Both the position numbers and the translations under genes were made by a program. A DNA stretch of 63,238 bases, counting the filler, from Olpidium bornovanus S191 (taxonomy: Eukaryota; Fungi; Olpidiomycota): NCBI GenBank assembly GCA_017911155.1. It is 31 parts of 31 records of this genome, joined end to end, with 100 filler letters (N's around TTAATTAATTAA, not from the genome) between each part and the next. Parts side by side here need not be neighbours in the genome. Positions count along the whole stretch, not along the records: positions 55,227 to 57,319 come from JAEFCI010010309.1; positions 57,420 to 59,291 come from JAEFCI010006818.1; positions 59,392 to 60,799 come from JAEFCI010010142.1; positions 60,900 to 61,977 come from JAEFCI010012645.1; positions 62,078 to 63,238 come from JAEFCI010000434.1; 26 more parts are not named here. One strand, given 5' to 3'. The first letter of the stretch is position 1. The number at the start of each line of letters is the position of its first letter. Of this stretch, positions 56,236 to 63,238 are shown piece by piece. Under the pieces are notes generated by a model. It worked only from the letters and a program-made list of their open reading frames with translations. It made no database searches and was not told the DNA's origin.

Positions 56236-57319
56236 CTATCCCCCCGGCCGCTTACCGGCCTGCTCGTCGCCGTCCTCGACGGAGGGCGGCGGCAGCGGAC
56301 ACGGAAACTTGGACACCTCCGGGGTCCAGCCACCTTCTCGTCCGCCGAACGAGAAGTTCGCCGGCGGCGTGAGCGGCCAGTTCGGCTGCGGGCTCGGGAG
56401 CGGAGGAGATGGGTTGGTGGTCCTCGAGCTGTGCCGCCTCCCGCCTCTGCTGCCGCCGGGGGGCCCGTTGCCCGGGACGTCCTCGAGAGCGAGAAATTGC
56501 CGGCCGGCCACGCCGTCCTCGCCGCCGCCCGCGAGCGCCCGCGTCCGCGTCAGCGCCGCGACCGGGCTGGGCGCCGCGGCGGGGAGGTCGTCGAATTTCG
56601 ACCGCAGGTCCTGGACGACCACCTGCTTCGCCGCGACCTGCGCCAGCGTCGCCAGCTCGATGGGAGTGATGTCGCCGTCCTCGCCGTCGTCCTTCCGCCG
56701 CCCGTCCTCGCCCGCACCTCCCGAAGCGCAGCCTTCGCAGCTGCGGTCCGCAGAGCTCTCCGTCTCGCTGCCTTCGCCCCCCGTCGGGGTCGACGCTTCG
56801 TTCTCCGACGCGAAAACCACGTGGCGGAGCGCCCGTCGACACGAAGACCGGCGGGCGTCGCGCCCGGTGTCGGAGTCGTACGCCACCGCCAAGTCCAGGG
56901 ACTTCGTCCTCTCCCTAGGCGAACTGATCGACGAGGAGTACCCTCGGTGTTCCGGTCCGGGCGCGCGTCGGGCCGGCTTCAGGATTTTTGCGCCCGGCAC
57001 GAGCAGCTCGAACCCGGCGTTGTGCTGGCGGAAGATGGTGTCCGGATCGACCCTGGTCAGCCAGATGTACGTCTTGGTGACGAGCAGCCATGCTATCGCG
57101 ATCAGAAACGCGGGAACGGTGTCGACGTGGTGCGGCGCAAAAAGCCGCTTGGCGAGCAGGAAAAAGAAGATGTACCACGGCTGGGCGGCGTCGGCCAGCG
57201 CCGTACGCTTGCGGATGAGCTGCCGGTACTTGGAGTTCTCGGACGGGATGGGCAGCCGGGACTGCCCCAGGAACACGTCCACGGCCATCTGGCGGTACGG
57301 ATCGGCGAAGTAGTTCATG
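56236..57319 (-). CDS. Sac1-family phosphoinositide phosphatase, C-terminal exon with two hydrophobic segments and a long disordered tail
   Basis: MNYFADPYRQMAVDVFLG resembles the post-catalytic Sac motif (Y.N.F.D..RQ..IDL.LG). Two hydrophobic stretches follow, as in Sac1. Confidence 0.6.
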
Positions 57320-57958
57320 NNNNNNNNNNNNNNNNNNNNNNNNNNNNNNNNNNNNNNNNNNNNTTAATTAATTAANNNNNNNNNNNNNNNNNNNNNNNNN
57401 NNNNNNNNNNNNNNNNNNNATCAGGCTCCCGCGCAGGTGGCAGCTTGACGGTCAAAAACCCGCTGCATCTTTATATTTTCGAAAACGGCCAGCTTGAAGC
57501 CCTGGGCCCGATTGTCGAGGAGCGCGGTGGTGTTGGCATGGGAGTGCACGAGGTGCTCGAAAGCGCGCACGGCATGGCGGAGAACCGGCGACGGAGACGG
57601 ACAGGTGCTCCACCGCGGTTTTCCAGCAAGAGGCCAGTCCTTCCTTCTCCGCGCGACGGATTTCTTTTTTTGGCGGGCAGTCCGTAAAACGGATCTGGCA
57701 GGCTAAATCTGGGGCGCAATGTGTTGCCTGCTGCCGCTGCTGCTCCTGGCGGGCGGCGGGTGGGACGGGTGAGGCCAAGAGGTGGAGCCGGGGGAAGAGA
57801 GCGTGGCGGCGGAGTCCAGGGGAAAAGGGAAAAAACGAAGGGGGCACAAAAAAAAATTCCGCGCAAAAGGCAAAAAAAAAAAAAAAAAAAAAAAAGAAAG
57901 AGCGTGACCAAACCCAACACAAGCCGGAACGCCCCTTCCCGCTCTCGTCGACCCGGAT

Positions 57959-59291
57959 ATGCCGGGGCGAACAGGCGCGCACGGACGCAGGCTGCCAGCC
58001 GCAGCCCGCGGCAAGGGCCGTGGCCAGGCGACCCCGCGGCGCGCCGAACCGACGCAGGAGGCCGGGAACAAGAGGAATAACAAGCGCAGAGAAACGGGCG
58101 TCGCGGAAAGAGACCAAGACCACGACACGAACGGCGCGCGCAGGAAGGCTGCGAAACGGCGCAGGACCGACGGCGGCGAAGCGAAAAAAGCTCGCAAGAG
58201 CGCTTGCCACGGCAACGGAAGGAGAGGCGGTGGCGCCGTCGACGAGGAGGAAGACGAAATCGAGATTGTTCCCGCCGCCGCGGACTTCTTTCTCGATGTT
58301 GCGCCGCAGCCGGGCGAAGCGGCCGAGGACGACCTGCAAGGGGACAGCGACGATTGTGCCGGCGGTGCCGCCGACGGCGGCGGTATTGACGACGATATGC
58401 CGGACTTTGCGTCTGCTTTGGTTCCCGAAATGGCGAAGCTGCCTCAGTCAAAAGCGCGGGCGACGGGAGCGAAGTCCCCAATCCGCCAGCTCGTTAGCGG
58501 TAGCCACGACGACGGCGACGATGACGAAGGAGATGCGCAGCTGTTGGCCCAGCAGCTTCAAGCGGCGAACCGTAAAAGGAAAAAGTCGGGGGGTTTCCAG
58601 TCCATGGGTGAGGTCGTCGCATCGACTTAGCGGTTGCGACCGTGTTTTCCGTCCACTCCGCGAGGTCGGGACGCCGGCATTTTTGCTCACACTGTATCCG
58701 CTATTACTAGGCCTCAGTTACCCTGTCTACAAAGCCATCATCGGTAAGGGCTTCAAAGTGCCAACCCCGATCCAGCGGAAATGCATTCCGGTAGCGTTGG
58801 AAGGAAAGGACCTCGTAGGAATGGCTCGCACCGGATCCGGCAAGACCGCTGCCTTTATGATTCCTGTGATTGAGAAGCTGAAGGTCCACTCCGCGAAGGC
58901 ACGAATCTGAGCAGTCTTTTTCAGAGGGGGGGGGGAGGTGGAGGGGTGACACCGCGTGTTCCTGCGTGTCCGCGCGCGCGCGTGCGCTTACCGCTCAATG
59001 CACGCGCAGGTCGGAGTGCGCGGAATTGTACTCTCTCCTTCTAGGGAGTTGGCGATGCAGACGCATAAGTTTGCGAAAGAGATGACAAAACACACCGATT
59101 TGCGGTCGTGTGTGGTAGTCGGCGGAGACAGCCTGGAAGACCAGTTCGCCATGATGGCGTCTAACCCAGACATGTGAGTTCCACACACTGGTCTTGTAAT
59201 TCGGCGCAACGCTTTTTCAGGCCGCTGAAAGGAGATTGATTCCGTTTCCCCTAGTTTGGTTGCCACACCCGGCCGCTTGATGCACCTGATC
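57959..59291 (+). CDS. DBP10: DEAD-box RNA helicase Dbp10/DDX54, 5' exons (57959-58607, 58711-58898, 59010-59174, 59255 to contig end)
   Basis: [12 protein letters not shown]...[14 protein letters not shown]...[13 protein letters not shown]...VHSAK|[18 protein letters not shown]...[25 protein letters not shown]. Confidence 0.96.
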
Positions 59292-61085
59292 NNNNNNNNN
59301 NNNNNNNNNNNNNNNNNNNNNNNNNNNNNNNNNNNTTAATTAATTAANNNNNNNNNNNNNNNNNNNNNNNNNNNNNNNNNNNNNNNNNNNNCCCGATACC
59401 GTCGTCGTCGTCGTCGTCGACAGAAACTTTGCCGTCCCGCAATTTTCTCTTATTTTTTTTTCTTTTTTTTTTTTTTTTCATGCAGCGGTGTTCAGTTCTT
59501 TGTTCATGCGGCGGGTGGTCCTTGTCGTCGTCCCGTCGCTCACTCAACCGCGCTGTGCAGTAGTAGAATGCCTGTGGGAAAAAGTTGAGGATATTGAAAA
59601 GATTCTTAACTTGCCAGTGGAATCTTAGATTGTTTTTGGAGGGCTTCTTCCCCCTGAGAAAATCCTCTCTCTGTCTCTTTCGATTTCTCACCCCCCGCCC
59701 ATCCCCCCTCCCGCCACCCTCATTCCGCGCCCCTCTTCACTAATCTCGCTCTCCCGCTCTCCCACCCACCCACCATCACCACCACCACCACCGCACTTCG
59801 CCTTACCGAGATTCCATATTTATGCCCGAGAAAATGGTTTTGCAGATTACACAAGGACAAAAACCTCTAGTTACACGGGTCTGGTTAACAAGCAATCTAA
59901 CATAAGTTCTCTTTCGGCCCAAAAGCTCATCCTCTCAACAGTGTTTGCTTGGCCCTTTTTATTATTTCCGGTGCAAATAGGTCAGTATCGGATCCGGCAC
60001 GTGGTAGGCTCCATATGGGAGACACGCGCGAGACGGGAGATGGGGAAACCAGGATCCCACCCTCTGTTTATACCCACAGGCGTCCATCTGAGTTTGTTTA
60101 CATTTTTTCAATATAAAACGGTCTCGCCTGCGCTCACCTTCCTGGCGAAGCTCAGATGGCCCCGTTGCCCCTTCACCTTCTAAGCCCTTTGTTCCGGGGC
60201 ACAGGGGAAAATGCCGCGCATCCCCTGAGCGGGAATCCAGAATCTCAGGGTGTGGCTCCCGCAATCTGGAGAGCACCATCCCTCATCAGGGTGGGCACGA
60301 TCCCGCCTTCTGCGGTGCCATTGCTGCATTTTCCTTTTGTCCTTCCTTCCGCGGGCCGGCTGGGAGAATCTCTAAAAAGAGGGGGGGGGGGGGGCAGATG
60401 GGGGGGTTCACCGCCAGCTGACGGAGAACAAGGAGACCGCCCGGGAAGCCGCCCGAATATATTATAAAGCGGGTTTGTCTTTGACGAGATCGGTTTGTTC
60501 CGTCTTCTGTTTTGTTGGCCCGGTATTCATTCTGTGGGCGAAGCTAAATGTCGTTCCCACTCCCTCCCCGCGATAGGTAATATTGCTTCCAAACAATTCA
60601 AGTGGAAAACAAATGTTGAAAAAGAATCAAACCTAATGAATGTCAACTTAATTTTGCGGACGACGCCGGTCACTGTGACATGTCTGTGGGCGGCAATCGC
60701 CGCCGTCTACGTTGCAAAAATGCAGGCCGTCTGAAAGGCGTTCAAGGAACTCATCAGCAACGCAATCAGCCAACGCCCGGCTGGCGGCCTGGACTGACGN
60801 NNNNNNNNNNNNNNNNNNNNNNNNNNNNNNNNNNNNNNNNNNNTTAATTAATTAANNNNNNNNNNNNNNNNNNNNNNNNNNNNNNNNNNNNNNNNNNNNT
60901 TCCATTTGACTCTTCTCCAATGTCCTTCTTTCCTCCTCACCACATCCGAACATTGAGGGGGAGTGTTGAGATTTTTCTCCTATGTATCAATCCGCACCCG
61001 TTGTACCTTATGACGCGTAAACCCCTGTATAATATAACGCCGCCCAACCTTCGGCGGAACACCAAACTCAAACACTTTTGGCCCT

Positions 61086-61622
61086 GTGCCTGGGCAAGTT
61101 CATGTCGAGTTTGGGCTCCTCCCTTACGCCTGCTTCATCCGAGTTGATCAACCTTTCGTGCCTGCGGAACGTCGACTCAACAAGGCAGATGCGCGAGTGC
61201 TGGATCTTCGACAAGGGACGATGGCCGTTCTTGGTGGCTTCTGTCGCGATTTTGCCACCGCGACCACGGCCAACCGGTGGCTTCAGAAGTGCCTTGTCTT
61301 GATGAAGACCCAGATGGGGGTGAGCCGGAGCCGGCACCGTCAGCATCTGACGGGAGGGCGCACAGGAGGGCGCAAGGCAGGGTTCGGCCTGGCGAGCCCT
61401 CGTGGCGTGCGCGAGCTGCACAGCTATCTGGCGAAGCCGGCGCTGCCAAAGGAGCCAGTGGGCCTGACGACGCTCGCCAATTGCTCGGCGCGGCATGGCC
61501 TGGCAAAGGAGTTCCTGGCCCACGTGGAAGCTCACAACTCGTGTCTGAGTGACGAGCTTGCGGCTTTCCACGGCGCTTTTCGGGACGCGCCTCCGCCAAT
61601 GTGGGCGACGCACAACTACCAA
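61086..61622 (+). CDS. Probable internal exon of an unidentified protein
   Basis: Protein-like open frame (...RLNKADARVLDLRQG...WLQKCLVLMKTQMG...RELHSYLAKP...AKEFLAHVEAHN...) ending at a CAA|GTAAGC donor. The 5' boundary is uncertain. Confidence 0.45.
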
Positions 61623-62917
61623 GTAAGCGGCGTCTTCATCGTTCGTTACTGGGTCCACCTTGTTCGCCTTGTCTGATTCCGGTTGTTTTTTGTTCGTTTT
61701 TGAGCAGCGCATCCACATAGACCATGATTGTGATGCGCCGTGCTCGGCAGCCGGTCGGTGCGGACATCCGGTAACCCGCCGGGGGTCATGCGGAGAAAAC
61801 CCCAGCTCGTCGGGGATTAATTCTCCAGGTGTTCGGGGCTTTCCCCCTTTTCCCCCTTACCCCCCGAGACGCCACAACCAACCCCCCTGAAACCGCCAAC
61901 ACCCCCCAACCCCGCCCGCGGGTTCCCCGCAACGTCAACGTCCTCCTAACGAGGACGCATAGAGCACCCGGGGCCAANNNNNNNNNNNNNNNNNNNNNNN
62001 NNNNNNNNNNNNNNNNNNNNNTTAATTAATTAANNNNNNNNNNNNNNNNNNNNNNNNNNNNNNNNNNNNNNNNNNNNAAAGATACCCCAACCCCAACCAG
62101 AAAAAGTTTATTTCGGTTTTCGTTCACTCCACTTTTGATCCACACGTTTTTCCACGTATGTACAATATTTACTTTATTTGTTTATTGTCCCATGGCGCTG
62201 ATGGGCACACTGCAAGTTTTTATGTAGCATACCAGACCTGCCCGCAACTGCATAAAGGGGCCCATACGCTTCGTTTTACGTGAGACGAATTTTACGAGAA
62301 AGGCGCTCGAAGTGAACTACTGGGAATATGGCGGCACTAATTTTAATAATCTATGTCAGCTAGTACCTTTAACCTGCAAGCGTGGTAAAAATACGGACGG
62401 TTTTTTGGCCCCAGGGAAACGAAAGGGCAATAATCGCCGGTCGGCGACGCTGCATGCCGTTGGAGGGGGGCTGTGAATGTCAGTCCGCGCAGTTCGAATG
62501 AACGGTAGATTCCAAGTCATTCGCGCGGCAAGTGGGGCGGTCCCCCTTCCATGCGACGTCCGGCTCCTCTCTCGAACCGCGCAAGACCCAGGCGACGGGC
62601 GTCGGGAAGGAAACTGCCTTCCGCACCGGGCGCGACCGCGGCCACGAAAAACAGTGGCGAGCGGGCGAAACACCTTCACCCCCCCCCCCCCACAATCTTC
62701 CCCCCGTAAACTTGTCGGCTCGAGGGGGAAAGGGGGAAGTGTGGGGGGAAAGAGGGAAGGATGCCAGGGGAAACGGGCCATCCCCCAGTCTGCAACTTCT
62801 CCAGCTCCGACAGGGGCTTAGGCCGGGACGAAAGGGGGGGAGGGGTGTTGGAAACCCGACTTTCTTATTTCAATTCGCCGTCGTGGCCCCCTGCCCCCCC
62901 GCCCAATCCGCCTTTTT

Positions 62918-63116
62918 CTATTCCTCGTTCTTCCGCGGCGGCGGCGCGGGGGCCGCCGCGCGGTACTCCGCCGAAACGCGGTTCGTGCAGTCGTGGAGGT
63001 CCCTGAGCGGCCGCACGCACTCGCGCTCGGGGTGCGCCTGGTTCTTCGCGAGGCAGTCGTCGTACGCGGAGACCGCCGCGCTGCACTCTCGTTTCACGTG
63101 CTTGAGGACGCCAACG
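62918..63116 (-). CDS. MIX14: Twin CX9C intermembrane-space protein Mix14/Mic14 (CHCHD5-like), last exon
   Basis: VGVLKHVKRE-C-SAAVSAYDD-C-LAKNQAHPERE-C-VRPLRDLHD-C has two CX9C motifs with Mix14-like spacing. Confidence 0.7.
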
Positions 63117-63238
63117 CTTTGCGGGACGAAAACCGAACGAACAACAAGAAATGGAAAAAAAGAACAATCCGTTCCCACCCCCAACCCCACCTTCCCCCCC
63201 CCCTCCCCCCTTCCCCCCTCACGAAACGGCGGGGCCGG

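Noticed and set aside
1-63238. Most ORFs in the six-frame track, including the poly-F, poly-K, poly-P, poly-G and poly-R ones
   Set aside because: They are antisense or off-frame shadows caused by high GC content, homopolymers and microsatellites, or they read through introns and N-spacers.

Overview
This is not one locus. It is 31 short (about 1-4.7 kb) unplaced contigs of a GC-rich, intron-dense eukaryote, joined by 30 identical 100-bp spacers (N44-TTAATTAATTAA-N44), so adjacency across a spacer means nothing. The gene content is fungal (Mim2, Byr4-like, Nst1-like) yet includes a CFAP20DC/C3orf67-like ciliary gene and a DAAM-type formin. This points to a zoosporic, early-diverging fungus (inference; Olpidium or a chytrid would fit). 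By manual translation and splicing I identified mostly partial genes for ISD11, MIM2, a mitochondrial-carrier-like protein, TMEM18, TPT1, a Ctr copper transporter, SMIM13, a zf-UBP deubiquitinase, MBD4, a formin, RPL31, ATG18, Byr4-like, NMD3, PA2G4, PIG-T, CFAP20DC, NST1-like, CCT3, ACAD8, a Sac1-like phosphatase, DBP10 and MIX14. I also found a tRNA-Gln(CUG) and nested Ty1/copia remnants. I found no clearly new multi-gene system. The best leads are: three homology-implied GG-AG introns (real non-canonical splicing or a systematic T>G base-calling error), two GC-AG introns, 9- and 18-nt microexons, a tandem array of about 290-bp exon+intron-like units, a recurring GTCACGTGAC promoter palindrome, and a 1.36-kb intronless orphan ORF. 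All family assignments come from remembered sequence motifs, not database searches. Contigs at 9140-10159, 15410-16833, 18745-19913, 23053-24863, 46123-47150, 50136-51146 and 59392-60799 remain unexplained.
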